A stretch of 64,000 nucleotides of DNA from Thermoanaerobaculia bacterium (lineage in GTDB: Bacteria; Acidobacteriota; Thermoanaerobaculia; Gp7-AA8), in the NCBI GenBank assembly GCA_035576005.1, contig DATLXH010000109.1:33058-97057 (forward strand), written 5' to 3'. Both the position numbers and the translations under genes were made by a program. Below the pieces are notes generated by a model. It worked only from the letters and a program-made list of their open reading frames with translations, was not told the origin of the DNA and made no database searches. Positions 18,136-32,999 of the stretch are shown piece after piece (the stretch's first letter is position 1; each line of letters starts with the position of its first letter).

Positions 18136-21100
18136 TTACTGCTCGTCGTCGATGTCCGCCATGGCGATGGCTTCTTCGTCTTCCTGACGCAATGCTTCTT
18201 CGAGATCCATCGGTTTCGGCTCGTCTTTCTCGAGGAAGACATCCCGATACGTCGGCATGCCGGTTCCGGCGGGGATGAGACGTCCGACAATGACGTTCTC
18301 CTTGAGCCCACGCAGGTAGTCGACACGGCCGGCAATCGCGGCCTCTGTGAGAACCCTCGTCGTCTCCTGGAACGATGCTGCGGAGATGAAGGAATCGGTC
18401 GAGAGCGATGCTTTGGTGATCCCGAGCAGAAGCGGAGTACCGTCTGCCGGCTCGCCGCCACGCGCCATGACTTTCTCGTTCTCTTCGAGGAAGCGGAAAC
18501 GATCCACCTGCTCGTCGATGAGGAAGTCCGTGTCGCCGACGCGAGTCACACGGACTGATCGCATCATCTGACGTGTGATGACTTCGATGTGCTTGTCGTT
18601 GATGGCAACCGACTGTGAACGGTAAACCTCCTGGATCTTGTCGACCAGGTAGCGCTGCAGCTCTTTGACTCCGAGAACTGCCAGAACGTCGTGAGGATCG
18701 ATCGGACCGTCGATGAGAGGATCACCGGCGCGGACCTGCTCGCCTTCCTGAACGTTGACGTGTGTATGGCGCGGAACTGAGTACTCGTGACGCGACCCTT
18801 CGTCAGTCTCAACGATGACGCGACGCATACCCTTGACGACGGTTCCATGATGAATCGTTCCGTCGACCTCGGTGATGACTGCTTTCTCCCGCGGATGACG
18901 TGCCTCGAAGAGCTCTACGACGCGAGGCAGACCGCCGGTGATGTCCTTCGTCTTGGTCTGTGCGCGAGGAATCTTGGCGAGAATGTCGCCGGGATAAACT
19001 TCCTGACCATTGCTGACCATGAGGTGAGCGCCGGTCGGCAGGAGGTATTTTTTCTCCTCGCCTTTCTTCGACTTGACTGTGACCTGCGGCGTCCGCTTCT
19101 CGCTCGCAGCTGACTCGACGATGACCATCTGCGTGAGTCCGGTCACCTTGTCTGTCTCTTCGCGGATGTTCTCGCCTTCGACGATATCCTTGAAGACGAT
19201 CTTTCCGCCGAGCTCAGTGAGAATCGCTGAGGTGAATGGATCCCATTCGACCAGCGGCTGACCCGGAACGACGTGCTCGCCTTCGTGGACCTTGAGGGTC
19301 GAGCCGTAAACCACTGCGTAACGCTCTTTCTCGCGGCCTGTTGTGACGGGGGCCTCGACCGGACGCGTGTCCTTCTTACCCTTGACCACGGTGACGACCT
19401 TGTCATCCATGATCAGAAGCTTTCCGTTACGGTTGATGACGACGAGATCGCCATTCTTGTTCGTGACGGTGGCAACGTTGAGGAACGCCACACGACCCGG
19501 GTTCGTTGCTTCGTGTTTCGACTGCTCGGAAACACGTGAGGCCGTACCACCGACGTGGAATGTACGCATCGTGAGCTGCGTGCCGGGCTCTCCGATCGAC
19601 TCAGCCGCGATGACACCGACTGCTTCGCCGATCTCGACGAGACGACCGCTCGCCAGATTGCGTCCGTAGCAGCGACGGCAGACTCCGCGACGTGTTTCAC
19701 ATGTGAGCACCGAGCGGATTTTTGCGCGCTCGATTCCAGCTTCCTGAATCGAGTTTGCGAGATCGTCGGTAATCTCATCATTCTGACTGACCAGCTTCTC
19801 TCCGTCGATCGGATCCCAGATCTCTTCCTGGGCAATGCGTCCGACGATGCGGTCGCGAAGAGGCTCGAGAATGTCTCCCCCCTCCATGATCGCGCTGACG
19901 GTAATGCCTTCGAACGTCTGGCAGTCCTGCTCGGTGACGATAACGTCCTGAGCGACGTCGACGAGACGACGTGTGAGGTATCCCGAGTCAGCCGTTTTCA
20001 AGGCTGTATCGGCGAGTCCCTTACGAGCGCCGTGCGTCGAGATGAAGTACTGAAGCACCGAAAGACCTTCACGGAAGTTGGCCGTGATCGGTGTCTCGAT
20101 GACTTCGCCGGAGGGCTTCGACATCAGTCCCCGCATACCAGCGAGCTGACGCACCTGCTCTTTCGAGCCTCGGGCGCCTGAGTCCGCCATCATGAAGATG
20201 GGGTTGAACTCGTGACGCTCCTCTTCAGCCTTTCTCATGTCGGAGAACATCTCATCGGAAACCTGCTCGGTCGCACGGTGCCAGATGTCGATGATCTTGT
20301 TGTGGCGCTCACCGTGAGTGATCGCGCCGTCGAGACGCTGGCGCTCGACTTCGAGCACGCCGATGCGCGCCTTGTCGACGATCTCACCCTTGCGGGCCGG
20401 GATGACCATGTCTTCGAGAGCGATCGAAACGCCGGCTTTCGTTGCGTAGAGGAACCCGACCTCTTTGATTTCGTCGAGCATCTTGACTGTGAGGTCGTTT
20501 CCGAAATTGAGGAAGGCAAAGTTGACCAGCTCGCCGAGGCCTTTCTTCTTGAGGAGACCATTGATGAAAGGGATCTCATCGGGAAGATGCATGTTGAAGA
20601 TGACGCGACCGACTGTGGTCTCGACCAGCCTCTTGTCAACGTCCTGAATCTCGGCGTGAGTGATGTCCTGATCGTTGAAGTGTGTCGTCAGATCGATGAG
20701 CTTGCCTGTGACCCGCATCTTGATCGGGGTCAGCAACTCGACCTCGCCAGCCTGAAGCGCGAGGACGGCCTCATCATAACTACCGAAGATCTTCCCTTCA
20801 CCCTTCGCTCCGCCCTTGGCCTTCGTCAGGTAATAGCAGCCGAGAACGAGATCCTGTGAAGGGACCGCCAGAGGCTTCCCGTTCGCAGGAGAAAGAATGT
20901 TGTTCGAGGCAAGCATGAGGACCTGCGACTCGACCTGAGCTTTCGGTGACAGAGGAACGTGAACGGCCATCTGGTCACCGTCGAAGTCTGCGTTAAACGC
21001 CGTGCAGACCAGAGGATGAATCTTGATCGCCTTCCCTTCGACGAGAACCGGCTCGAAAGCCTGGATGCCGAGGCGGTGAAGCGTTGGGGCGCGGTTCAAC

Positions 21101-22377
21101 AGTACCGGATGCTCTTTGATGACCTCTTCGAGCGCATCCCACACTTCAACCTGCTGGAGCTCGACCATTTCCTTCGCAGCCTTGATCGTTCCAACCAGAC
21201 CCTTGGCTTCCAGTCTGTTGTAAATGAACGGCTTGAAGAGCTCGAGAGCCATCTTCTTCGGCAGTCCGCACTGATGGAGCTTGAGCTCCGGACCAACGAC
21301 GATGACCGAACGACCCGAGTAATCGACACGCTTGCCGAGAAGGTTCTGGCGGAAGCGACCCTGCTTGCCTTTGAGTGTGTCGGAGAGCGACTTGAGCGGG
21401 CGGTTGTTGGAGCCTTTGAGGACTCGTCCTCGACGACCGTTGTCGAAGAGAGCATCGACCGCTTCCTGCAGCATCCGCTTTTCATTTCGGACGATGACAT
21501 CAGGAGCGCGAAGTTCGAGAAGCTTTTTCAGACGGTTGTTGCGGTTGATGACTCGACGATAGAGATCGTTCAGATCGGAAGTCGCGAAGCGGCCGCCGTC
21601 CAGAGGAACGAGAGGACGAAGCTCAGGGGGGATGACCGGGATGACGTCGAGGATCATCCACTCAGGACGATGACCCGACTTGCGGAACGCGTCGACCACC
21701 TTGAGCCGTTTTGCCGCTTTCAGCTTTTTAATCTGCGAGGTCTCGGTACGCATGATGAGACGAAGCTCATCAGAAAGCTCATCGACGTTGACCAGTCTCA
21801 AAAGCTCCTTGATTGCCTCGGCGCCCATCTTCGCGATGAACACATCGCCATGCTGTCCACGAAGCTCGCGATAACGCTCTTCGGTCAGGAGCTCTTTCTC
21901 TTCGATGATCTCGGCGATGTCACCTGGATCGATGACGACGTACGACTCGAAGTAAAGAATCCGCTCGAGGTCGCGCAGTGTGATGTCGAGCAAGTGTCCG
22001 ATTCTCGAGGGGAGTCCCTTGAAGAACCAGACGTGTGAGACAGGCGAGGCAAGCTCGATATGTCCCATGCGCTCGCGGCGGACTTTCGACTTTGTGACTT
22101 CGACACCACACTTATCGCAGATGACTCCGCGATGCTTCATTCGCTTGTACTTGCCGCAGAGACACTCCCAGTCGGTGATCGGACCGAAGATCTTTGCGCA
22201 GAAAAGGCCGTCGCGCTCGGGCTTGAACGTCCGGTAGTTGATCGTTTCCGGCTTCGTTACCTCGCCGTAGGACCACGACCGGATCTTGTCCGGTGATGCC
22301 AGAGAGATCTTGATTGCGTTGAAATCATTGATCGCCTGCGGTTTCACCGGTTGAAACATCTGGTTGAAACTTTCCAA
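18136..22377 (-). CDS. rpoC: DNA-directed RNA polymerase subunit beta'
   Basis: 1413 aa. N-terminal zinc-binding CxxC...CxxC, the NADFDGD catalytic loop, and full-length collinearity with RpoC. Confidence 0.97.
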   Translation of the reverse strand: MESFNQMFQPVKPQAINDFNAIKISLASPDKIRSWSYGEVTKPETINYRTFKPERDGLFCAKIFGPITDWECLCGKYKRMKHRGVICDKCGVEVTKSKVRRERMGHIELASPVSHVWFFKGLPSRIGHLLDITLRDLERILYFESYVVIDPGDIAEIIEEKELLTEERYRELRGQHGDVFIAKMGAEAIKELLRLVNVDELSDELRLIMRTETSQIKKLKAAKRLKVVDAFRKSGHRPEWMILDVIPVIPPELRPLVPLDGGRFATSDLNDLYRRVINRNNRLKKLLELRAPDVIVRNEKRMLQEAVDALFDNGRRGRVLKGSNNRPLKSLSDTLKGKQGRFRQNLLGKRVDYSGRSVIVVGPELKLHQCGLPKKMALELFKPFIYNRLEAKGLVGTIKAAKEMVELQQVEVWDALEEVIKEHPVLLNRAPTLHRLGIQAFEPVLVEGKAIKIHPLVCTAFNADFDGDQMAVHVPLSPKAQVESQVLMLASNNILSPANGKPLAVPSQDLVLGCYYLTKAKGGAKGEGKIFGSYDEAVLALQAGEVELLTPIKMRVTGKLIDLTTHFNDQDITHAEIQDVDKRLVETTVGRVIFNMHLPDEIPFINGLLKKKGLGELVNFAFLNFGNDLTVKMLDEIKEVGFLYATKAGVSIALEDMVIPARKGEIVDKARIGVLEVERQRLDGAITHGERHNKIIDIWHRATEQVSDEMFSDMRKAEEERHEFNPIFMMADSGARGSKEQVRQLAGMRGLMSKPSGEVIETPITANFREGLSVLQYFISTHGARKGLADTALKTADSGYLTRRLVDVAQDVIVTEQDCQTFEGITVSAIMEGGDILEPLRDRIVGRIAQEEIWDPIDGEKLVSQNDEITDDLANSIQEAGIERAKIRSVLTCETRRGVCRRCYGRNLASGRLVEIGEAVGVIAAESIGEPGTQLTMRTFHVGGTASRVSEQSKHEATNPGRVAFLNVATVTNKNGDLVVINRNGKLLIMDDKVVTVVKGKKDTRPVEAPVTTGREKERYAVVYGSTLKVHEGEHVVPGQPLVEWDPFTSAILTELGGKIVFKDIVEGENIREETDKVTGLTQMVIVESAASEKRTPQVTVKSKKGEEKKYLLPTGAHLMVSNGQEVYPGDILAKIPRAQTKTKDITGGLPRVVELFEARHPREKAVITEVDGTIHHGTVVKGMRRVIVETDEGSRHEYSVPRHTHVNVQEGEQVRAGDPLIDGPIDPHDVLAVLGVKELQRYLVDKIQEVYRSQSVAINDKHIEVITRQMMRSVRVTRVGDTDFLIDEQVDRFRFLEENEKVMARGGEPADGTPLLLGITKASLSTDSFISAASFQETTRVLTEAAIAGRVDYLRGLKENVIVGRLIPAGTGMPTYRDVFLEKDEPKPMDLEEALRQEDEEAIAMADIDDEQ

Positions 22378-22430
22378 AGTAGCCTCCCTTCAGGAGTTCA
22401 GGTTCATGTCAGTAAGGGTGAGGGTGACGA

Positions 22431-26780
<4,350 letters not shown>

Positions 26781-26820
26781 ACTTCCGGAAGGACGACGAA
26801 TCGGAGCAAATGCACGATGT

Positions 26821-26845
26821 GGCCGGACACGCCAATGTCCGGCGC
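26821..26845. repeat. GGCCGGACA(C/T)(G/T)CCAATGTCCGGCG repeat, copy 2
   Basis: Single palindromic unit in the rplL-rpoB intergenic region. Confidence 0.65.
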
Positions 26846-27015
26846 CCTCACGCGCATCAAGTCAGATCGTTCGAAGCTTCTCTGGGGTGTAGTGCCCTGT
26901 CAGGGAATCCGACGATGCGAGGTTCGCCGCAGGCAACGCGTCGAAATGATTCGCGGGTTTTGAGTCAATGTGGAGAAGGCCGCTCCCCCCCTCTCCTGAC
27001 TCGCAAATGTAAAAG

Positions 27016-27122
27016 CTGAATTCAGAACGCAGAACGCAGAAGGAAGAATTGAGAAAAAAGAAGGGGGACCGCTGCCTGCCTTCTTCGTTCTTCATTCTGC
27101 GTTCTACATTCTGCGTTCATCC
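27016..27122 (-). promoter_or_regulatory. long imperfect hairpin built from CAGAACG heptad repeats, in the rplL-rpoB spacer. Candidate RNA processing or attenuation structure.
   Basis: GAATTCAGAACGCAGAACGCAGAAGGAAGAA ... TTCTTCGTTCTTCATTCTGCGTTCTACATTCTGCGTTC, with ~30-nt complementary arms. Confidence 0.45.
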
Positions 27123-27126
27123 TTCA

Positions 27127-27169
27127 CAACAAAACCGAATTCCGGGCAGGTCCAACCCGCCCGGAATTC
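27127..27169 (-). terminator. attenuator / rho-independent terminator immediately after rplL
   Basis: The minus transcript reads GAAUUCCGGGC-GGGUUGGACCU-GCCCGGAAUUC then GGUUUUGUUGUG. It lies 7 nt after the rplL stop. Confidence 0.7.
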
Positions 27170-27175
27170 AACAGA

Positions 27176-27571
27176 CTATTTGACGGTGACTTTGGCGCCA
27201 GCCTCTTCGAACTTCTTCTTGATGTTGGCGGCTTCGTCCTTGTTGATGCCTTCCTTGATGGTCTGAGGAGCACCTTCGACGAGGTCCTTGGCTTCTTTCA
27301 GCCCGAGGCTCGTTACTTCGCGAACTGCCTTGATGACGTTGATCTTCTTGTCGCCGACTTCCGTGAGGACGACGGTGAACTCGGTCTGCTCTTCAACAGG
27401 GGCTGCGGCCGCTGCTGCGCCGCCACCGGCCATCATCATCGGGGCTGCTGCAGCTGCGGAGACGCCGAAGCGCTCTTCGAGAGCCTTCACGAGGTGCGAG
27501 AGATCCAGCACGGACATTGTTTCGATCTGTTTTACAAATTCTTCAGTAGACGTTGCCATTAGAGCCTCCAA
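27176..27571 (-). CDS. rplL: 50S ribosomal protein L7/L12
   Basis: Ala-rich hinge and C-terminal domain ...[25 protein letters not shown]...[10 protein letters not shown]. Confidence 0.95.
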   Translation of the reverse strand: MEALMATSTEEFVKQIETMSVLDLSHLVKALEERFGVSAAAAAPMMMAGGGAAAAAAPVEEQTEFTVVLTEVGDKKINVIKAVREVTSLGLKEAKDLVEGAPQTIKEGINKDEAANIKKKFEEAGAKVTVK

Positions 27572-27582
27572 GAAGTAGTGGA

Positions 27583-28269
27583 TTAAGCGTTTTCAGTAGG
27601 GGTTTCGGTTGGGGATTCGGCTGCCGGGGCATCGCCTGTCGAGGCCTCACTGACCGGCGCATCGACTGCAGGCACCTGACTGGGAGAGGCATCGCTCGGA
27701 GGAGCATCACCCGAAGAAGCTTCGCTCGGAGACGCGTCTCCCGGAGTCGCGTCGCCGCCCTGTTTCTTCGCGATCTGGTCGATGACGACGGCCAGGTTGC
27801 GAATGTTGGCCTGGAGCACCGTGGCGATCCCTCGCATCGGACTCTGGAGAACATAGAGGAGTTTTGATACGAGCTCTTCGCGGGAAGGAAGCGACGCGAT
27901 CGCCTCGATCTCCGTTGCCGCGACGATCTTTCCGTCGAGCATCGCGCCTTTGAACTTGACCGTCGGAACATCTTTTCCGAATTTCGTCAGCGCCTTAGCG
28001 AGGGCAACTGCGTCGTTGGCGTTGAATGCAACCGCAGTCGGGCCGGCGAACTGGTCGCGAAGCTCGATGAGGGGCGAATCCTTGAGCGCAATCAGAGCGA
28101 GCGTGTTCTTGACGACCACGTACTCAGACTTCGTATCGCGAATCTGGCGCCGCAGCTCTGTGACCTGCGGAACTGTGATTCCTTTGAAATCAATCAGGAA
28201 GGCATTGGTTGCCTTGCCGATGTTGGCAGCGAGAGTGGAGACGGCGTCGGATTTCTGGTCTTTATTCAT
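27583..28269 (-). CDS. rplJ: 50S ribosomal protein L10, with a ~55-aa low-complexity (S/P/A/D/E) C-terminal extension
   Basis: The L10 core is MNKDQK...[10 protein letters not shown]. It is followed by [58 protein letters not shown]. There is a tight SD/ATG junction with rplL. Confidence 0.92.
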   Translation of the reverse strand: MNKDQKSDAVSTLAANIGKATNAFLIDFKGITVPQVTELRRQIRDTKSEYVVVKNTLALIALKDSPLIELRDQFAGPTAVAFNANDAVALAKALTKFGKDVPTVKFKGAMLDGKIVAATEIEAIASLPSREELVSKLLYVLQSPMRGIATVLQANIRNLAVVIDQIAKKQGGDATPGDASPSEASSGDAPPSDASPSQVPAVDAPVSEASTGDAPAAESPTETPTENA

Positions 28270-28279
28270 CCATCCCTCC

Positions 28280-28987
28280 CTATTCTGCCTTCAGCTCGCC
28301 CACGGTTGCGTCGATCTGAATCGACGGACTCATCGTGGACGAGACGTAAATGGTTCGCATGTACTTGCCTTTCGCGGCAGGCGGCTTGGCCTTGCGAACG
28401 GCGCTGATGATCGATGACGCGTTCTCAGCAAGCTGGTCGGGAGAGAAGGAAACCTTCCCAACCGGCACGTGGATGATCGAAGTCTTGTCGACGCGGAACT
28501 CGACCTTACCTGCCTTGATCTCCTGGAGCGCTTTCGCTACATCAAAGGTCACGGTACCGGTCTTCGGATTGGGCATGAGACCGCGAGGTCCGAGCACTTT
28601 TCCGAGCCGGCCGACCGATCTCATCATGTCGGGGGTTGCGATGACTGCGTCGTAATCAACCCAACCACCGTTGATCTTTTCGACCATCTCGTCGCCACCG
28701 ACAAAATCGGCGCCTGCTTCCTGCGCTTCGCGTTGCTTGTCTCCCGAAGCGATGACAAGCACCCGTTTCGTCTGGCCGGTGCCGTGAGGAAGCACGGTCG
28801 TTCCCCGGACCATCTGATCGGCATGCTTTGGATCTACACCGAGAAGCATGGAGAGCTCGACCGTCTCATTGAACTTCGCGAATGCGATCTGCTTGAGCAG
28901 ACCAAACGCTTCATTCAATTGATACGGTCGTTCTTCAACCTTCTCAGCCGCTGCACGATACTTCTTGCCGTGTATGGCCAATTTCAC
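28280..28987 (-). CDS. rplA: 50S ribosomal protein L1
   Basis: 235 aa collinear with L1. The stop is 10 nt from the rplJ ATG, with a GGGAGGG SD. Confidence 0.95.
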   Translation of the reverse strand: MKLAIHGKKYRAAAEKVEERPYQLNEAFGLLKQIAFAKFNETVELSMLLGVDPKHADQMVRGTTVLPHGTGQTKRVLVIASGDKQREAQEAGADFVGGDEMVEKINGGWVDYDAVIATPDMMRSVGRLGKVLGPRGLMPNPKTGTVTFDVAKALQEIKAGKVEFRVDKTSIIHVPVGKVSFSPDQLAENASSIISAVRKAKPPAAKGKYMRTIYVSSTMSPSIQIDATVGELKAE

Positions 28988-29084
28988 CTCCGTAGTGCAA
29001 GCGACGGCGGTTTTCCACGCCGTCTCCTACGTTGTTGGTTGATCTAACCCGCGGCGACACGTCGCGGGGTACTAAAGCCTGAGC

Positions 29085-29510
29085 TTATCCCTGAATCTCG
29101 AGACCCATGGAGCGCGCGGTTCCTTCAACAGTCTTGATGGCAGCTTCGAGCGAGCCTGCGTTCAGATCGGGCATCTTGGTCTTCGCGATTTCTTCAACCT
29201 GCCCTCTGGTGACATGTCCGACCTTGGTCTTGTTCGGCACGCCCGACCCTTTCGGAATTCCGGCGGCACGAAGCAGAAGAATCGCGGCCGGCGGGGTCTT
29301 GGTAATGAACGTGAACGAGCGGTCGGCGAAGACGGTAATGACGACCGGGATGATCAAACCCTGCTGGGGCGCTGTCCGGGCGTTGAATGTCTTGCAGAAC
29401 TCCATGATGTTCACACCGTGCTGTCCCAGAGCGGGACCGACGGGAGGAGCCGGTGTTGCAGCTCCTGCGGGGATCTGAAGTTTGATGTATCCGGTAATTT
29501 TCTTTGCCAT
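29085..29510 (-). CDS. rplK: 50S ribosomal protein L11
   Basis: [43 protein letters not shown]..., the canonical L11. Confidence 0.95.
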   Translation of the reverse strand: MAKKITGYIKLQIPAGAATPAPPVGPALGQHGVNIMEFCKTFNARTAPQQGLIIPVVITVFADRSFTFITKTPPAAILLLRAAGIPKGSGVPNKTKVGHVTRGQVEEIAKTKMPDLNAGSLEAAIKTVEGTARSMGLEIQG

Positions 29511-29587
29511 GAATCAGCCTCTCATTTGCGCGATTCGTCTCGCGCGATTCGTCTCGAATGACTGGGCGGACGACCCGCCGCTGGAAG

Positions 29588-30178
29588 CTACCTGCCGCTC
29601 TTGGTCGGTGCCGCCGCCTGATCTTCGGCGGCGTCGTAGCGATTGACCTGAAGGAAATCGAGCTCGACCGGAGTCGAGCGGCCGAAGATCGTTACCATGA
29701 CTTTCAAGGTATTGCGATCGAGATTCACATCCTCGACTACGCCGGTGAAGTTCGTAAACGGGCCGTCGCTGATCCGGACGTGCTCGCCATGCTCGTAAAC
29801 ATGCTTTGGTTTCGGCTTTTCTTTCGTCGCCACGACCTGGTTGAGAATCGAATCGACCTCTTCCTGAGTCAGGGGAGTCGGCTTCTTGCCCGTTCCAACA
29901 AAACCAGTGACTTTCGGCGTGTTCTTCACCAGATGCCAGGCATCGTCGGACATCAGCATCTCTAGCAGGATGTACCCAGGGAAGAACTTGCGCTGCACTT
30001 CGCGCTTCTTGCCGCCCTTCATTTCGATGAGCGTCTCGGTCGGGATCTTGACCTCGCCGAACTTCTCCCGCATCCCCAGCGCATCGATCCTCTGTTCGAG
30101 GTTCTCGCGCACCCGCTCCTCGAATCCGGAGTAGGTATGAACGATGTACCACTGCTTGCTTGTAGCTGCTTCAACCAT
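29588..30178 (-). CDS. nusG: transcription termination/antitermination factor NusG
   Basis: An internal Met gives [23 protein letters not shown]...KOW domain ...[18 protein letters not shown]. The track ORF extends to 30385, but the ATG at 30178-30176 matches the NusG N-terminus. Confidence 0.9.
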   Translation of the reverse strand: MVEAATSKQWYIVHTYSGFEERVRENLEQRIDALGMREKFGEVKIPTETLIEMKGGKKREVQRKFFPGYILLEMLMSDDAWHLVKNTPKVTGFVGTGKKPTPLTQEEVDSILNQVVATKEKPKPKHVYEHGEHVRISDGPFTNFTGVVEDVNLDRNTLKVMVTIFGRSTPVELDFLQVNRYDAAEDQAAAPTKSGR

Positions 30179-30180
30179 CT

Positions 30181-30405
30181 TTAGGTGCCTGCTCCAAATC
30201 GGGTGAACAACAAATTGATCGCGCGGTAAAAGATAAGGTCGCAGAGCCAGAGATAGACTCCGAAGAGGATGACGGCCACGATGACGACAGTCGTCGTGCC
30301 GACGACTTCCGCACGACCCGGCCACGAGACCTTCTTCATCTCGGACTTTGTTTCGCGCCAGAACTCTGTCGTTCTGCGCCACCAATCTTTTGGTTCAAAC
30401 GCCAT
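30181..30405 (-). CDS. secE: preprotein translocase subunit SecE
   Basis: 74-aa product MAFEPKDWWRRTTEFWRETKSEMKKVSWPGRAEVVGTTTVVIVAVILFGVYLWLCDLI. A single TM helix sits in the conserved position upstream of nusG. Confidence 0.8.
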   Translation of the reverse strand: MAFEPKDWWRRTTEFWRETKSEMKKVSWPGRAEVVGTTTVVIVAVILFGVYLWLCDLIFYRAINLLFTRFGAGT

Positions 30406-30429
30406 GCATCGACTCCCCGAAACGTGGGC

Positions 30430-30506
30430 TGGCAGGCCAGGAGGGACTCGAACCCCCAACAAGCGGTTTTGGAGACCGCCGCTCTACCAATTGGAGCTAC
30501 TGGCCT
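30430..30506 (-). tRNA. tRNA-Trp (anticodon CCA)
   Basis: Minus-strand sequence is AGGCCAGUAGCUCCAAUUGGUAGAGCGGCGGUCUCCAAAACCGC...GGGUUCGAGUCCCUCCUGGCCUGCCA. It has a cloverleaf with T-loop GTTCGAGTC and an encoded CCA. This is the canonical position between rpmG and secE. Confidence 0.85.
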
Positions 30507-30609
30507 AAATTGCTGATTTTATGAATTCAGAGCTGGACATCGGAAGCGAGGGCTCGCGAAAAGAGCCGCAAACGGGCTACAGGTCGCGTGCCAACCGTTT
30601 TATTCCCAA

Positions 30610-30768
30610 CTATTTCGCTTCACGATGGACCGTGTGCCGGCGATCGTGACGGCAGAATTTCTTGAGCTCGATTTTCTCGGTCGTCGTCTTTTTGTTCTTG
30701 GTCGTCGAGTAATTCCGACGTTTGCACTCGGTGCACTGAAGGGAAATGATTTCGCGGACGGCTGCCAT
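30610..30768 (-). CDS. rpmG: 50S ribosomal protein L33
   Basis: Reverse-complement translation gives [52 protein letters not shown] (52 aa). It is too short for the ORF track. Confidence 0.85.
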   Translation of the reverse strand: MAAVREIISLQCTECKRRNYSTTKNKKTTTEKIELKKFCRHDRRHTVHREAK

Positions 30769-30860
30769 GGTGATCTCCGTGTTGTAGATTCTGACTGCAG
30801 TGCAGCCGAAAAGTTTCTGGTTTCATCCCGAGCGAGGGATAACACCATCATATGAATTTC

Positions 30861-30935
30861 TGGAGCCCTCTACGAGAGTTGAACTCGTGACCCCGTCCTT
30901 ACCAAGGACGTGCTCTACCCCTGAGCTAAGAGGGC
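30861..30935 (-). tRNA. tRNA-Thr (anticodon GGT)
   Basis: Minus strand GCCCUCUUAGCUCAGGGGUAGAGCACGUCCUUGGUAAGGACGGGGUCACGAGUUCAACUCUCGUAGAGGGCUCCA. Confidence 0.85.
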
Positions 30936-30966
30936 TGATCTCATTAAATGCAGAATTTGAATGCGT

Positions 30967-31041
30967 TGGAGCGGGAGACGGGGATCGAACCCGCGACCAA
31001 CAGCTTGGAAGGCTGTGACTCTACCACTGAGTTACTCCCGC
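30967..31041 (-). tRNA. tRNA-Gly (anticodon TCC)
   Basis: Minus strand GCGGGAGUAACUCAGUGGUAGAGUCACAGCCUUCCAAGCUGUUGGUCGCGGGUUCGAUCCCCGUCUCCCGCUCCA. Confidence 0.85.
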
Positions 31042-31105
31042 GTTTTTGAGCTGACGCACCGACCCTTTCGTTTCGTCGAGTCGTCAGGTCGGTAAGGTTT
31101 ACGAT

Positions 31106-31192
31106 TGGTGGAGAGAGGAGGATTCGAACCTCCGAAGGGTGAAACCCGGCAGATTTACAGTCTGCTGCCTTTGGCCGCTCAGCAATCTCTCC
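31106..31192 (-). tRNA. tRNA-Tyr (anticodon GTA), long variable arm
   Basis: Minus strand GGAGAGAUUGCUGAGCGGCCAAAGGCAGCAGACUGUAAAUCUGCCGGGUUUCACCCUUCGGAGGUUCGAAUCCUCCUCUCUCCACCA. Confidence 0.85.
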
Positions 31193-31213
31193 TCATTTCT
31201 CGCAAGCGTGGCT

Positions 31214-31289
31214 TGGAGCTGGCGATGGGACTCGAACCCGCGACCTGCTGATTACAAATCAGCTGCTCTGCCAACTGAGCTACGCCAGC
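31214..31289 (-). tRNA. tRNA-Thr (anticodon TGT)
   Basis: Minus strand GCUGGCGUAGCUCAGUUGGCAGAGCAGCUGAUUUGUAAUCAGCAGGUCGCGGGUUCGAGUCCCAUCGCCAGCUCCA. Confidence 0.85.
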
Positions 31290-31361
31290 ATGAATCGGTT
31301 TTTCAAAGACACAAACAGCCACAAATGACGACTGGGGGGGGAAGGAGCCCTCCGAAACGAG

Positions 31362-31390
31362 AGCCCCGCCTTATAGCAAAGTTGACCAAC
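31362..31390 (-). promoter_or_regulatory. candidate sigma70 promoter for the tRNA cluster
   Basis: On the minus strand: TTGCCT, then 18 nt, then TATAAG, ~85 nt upstream of the tRNA-Thr(TGT) 5' end. Weak sequence-only call. Confidence 0.3.
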
Positions 31391-31437
31391 GGAAGGCAAC
31401 CGCGCGGTTATTCCGAGTAGCCGCCTGCGCTCCCAGC

Positions 31438-32982
31438 ATGGCATCATCCGCCGCGATGCGCCGCGCTGACTCGCAAAGCCCTTCTGCCGCGAGCCGCCAC
31501 ACAACCCTCGCGCTGTTTGGATTGCTGTTCTTCAGCTATTCCTACTTTTTTGGCGGAAGCGGCTTCAATCAGAACGCTACGTTCGACCTGACTCGTGCCA
31601 TGGTCGAGCGGCGCTCGATCGACATCGCTCCCTATGCGTCGAACACCGCCGACATTTCCCGGTACGAAGGGAAAGTCCTTTCCAACAAGCCGCCAGGATT
31701 GTCCCTGCTCGCCGCAATTCCTTACACGATTCTGCAACTGCGTGAGGGCGCGACCGGCGATGCAATCTCGCTGACAATCAACCTCTACCTCTGCACCATC
31801 TTCACTTCGGGTATCGCGGGTGCCCTCGTCGGACTGCTCCTTTTCCGCACCGCGCGAAGGCGCGGAGTCAGCGCTCGCTGGGCTGTCTCCACTGCGCTTC
31901 TGGCAGGACTCGGGACGCCTCTTTTCGCGTACTCGACCATGCTTTTCGTTGCGGTTCCAACGGGACTTCTCATCCTCGGGGCGCTCCTGAGCATCTCGGA
32001 CCTCGAGCAACCGAGTCCTGCCATCGCAGGGGCAGCTTTGGGTCTCGCCACCACTATGAACTACCTCTGCGCTATTGTCGTCGTGATCGTCGGCGCCTTC
32101 CTTCTCGTCAGGAGTCGTCGCCGGTTTCGCGACGCCGTGGCATTTGTCGCCGGCGGCGTCCCTTTTCTCCTGCTCCTGCTCTGGTATCAGAAGAGCGCCT
32201 TCGGGTCGCCCCTCAGCACCTCGATCGATACGCAAAACCCCGCCTTCGTCACGACAGGATCCTGGCTCGGGATTCTCGGCGCACCCAGTGCCGAGGCTTT
32301 GTGGGGCATTACGTTCTCCCCGTACCGCGGCCTCTTTTTTATCGCGCCGATTCTCCTGCTGGCGATACCAGGGTCCATCATGATGGCCAGACAGATAGAG
32401 CGTCGCAGCGAGTTGATCGCCGTCCTTTGCGTCGTCGCTTTTTTCATCCTCGTCAACGCATCGTTCAATGGGTGGCACGGCGGCTACGCGATCGGACCAC
32501 GCTACCTGATCCCGATCATCCCGATCCTCGTCATCCCCATGCTTTATGTGACCGCCAGATTCCGCCTCATCTGGGTTGTGCTGGCGATGATCTCTCTATT
32601 CCTGAATCTGGCCGCCACAGCGGTCGATCCACAGCCGCCTGATAGTCTGAGGAATCCGCTGATCCGGTACGAGATCCCCGCACTTCTTTACGGCGGCGTC
32701 GATTCAGCTGACGATGAAGTCCCGGTCTGGATCCGGACTCTCTACCGAGGACATACGTCGACGAATCGTGTCGCTGCAGACGAGATGCTCCCTTTTCAGA
32801 AACATCGGCCCGGTGCTCCCGCGTCCGAGTGGGCCAGCTTTAATCTGGGCGAGCCGTTCACAGAGCCGGGATCTCTGTTCTCACTCCTGCCATGGGGAAT
32901 GGTCCTGATGATCTCGCTGCTGGCAATCTATCGATCCACCGCAGGCGATTCGGAGTCGCCATCGATCGACCATCAGCAGTGA
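31438..32982 (+). CDS. polytopic membrane protein, GT-C-fold glycosyltransferase-like (ArnT/PMT-type)
   Basis: 514 aa with ~11 predicted TM helices. The first periplasmic loop, ...ISRYEGKVLSNKPPGLSLLAAIPY, resembles the KPPL motif of the GT83/GT39 families. Confidence 0.6.
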   Translation: MASSAAMRRADSQSPSAASRHTTLALFGLLFFSYSYFFGGSGFNQNATFDLTRAMVERRSIDIAPYASNTADISRYEGKVLSNKPPGLSLLAAIPYTILQLREGATGDAISLTINLYLCTIFTSGIAGALVGLLLFRTARRRGVSARWAVSTALLAGLGTPLFAYSTMLFVAVPTGLLILGALLSISDLEQPSPAIAGAALGLATTMNYLCAIVVVIVGAFLLVRSRRRFRDAVAFVAGGVPFLLLLLWYQKSAFGSPLSTSIDTQNPAFVTTGSWLGILGAPSAEALWGITFSPYRGLFFIAPILLLAIPGSIMMARQIERRSELIAVLCVVAFFILVNASFNGWHGGYAIGPRYLIPIIPILVIPMLYVTARFRLIWVVLAMISLFLNLAATAVDPQPPDSLRNPLIRYEIPALLYGGVDSADDEVPVWIRTLYRGHTSTNRVAADEMLPFQKHRPGAPASEWASFNLGEPFTEPGSLFSLLPWGMVLMISLLAIYRSTAGDSESPSIDHQQ

Positions 32983-32999
32983 CGAGGGCCGAAGGTTCT

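Noticed and set aside
19555-22038. Several 200-360-aa plus-strand ORFs overlapping rpoC
   Set aside because: Antisense to rpoC. High-GC genomes produce long open antisense frames.
30508-30609. Possible terminator hairpin between rpmG and tRNA-Trp
   Set aside because: The GGCTC-TTTTCGC-GAGCC stem is short and not followed by a U-run on the transcribed strand. More likely just spacer.
31444-32478. 344-aa minus-strand ORF opposite the GT-C membrane protein
   Set aside because: Extremely D/E/R-rich. The plus strand encodes a coherent 11-TM protein.
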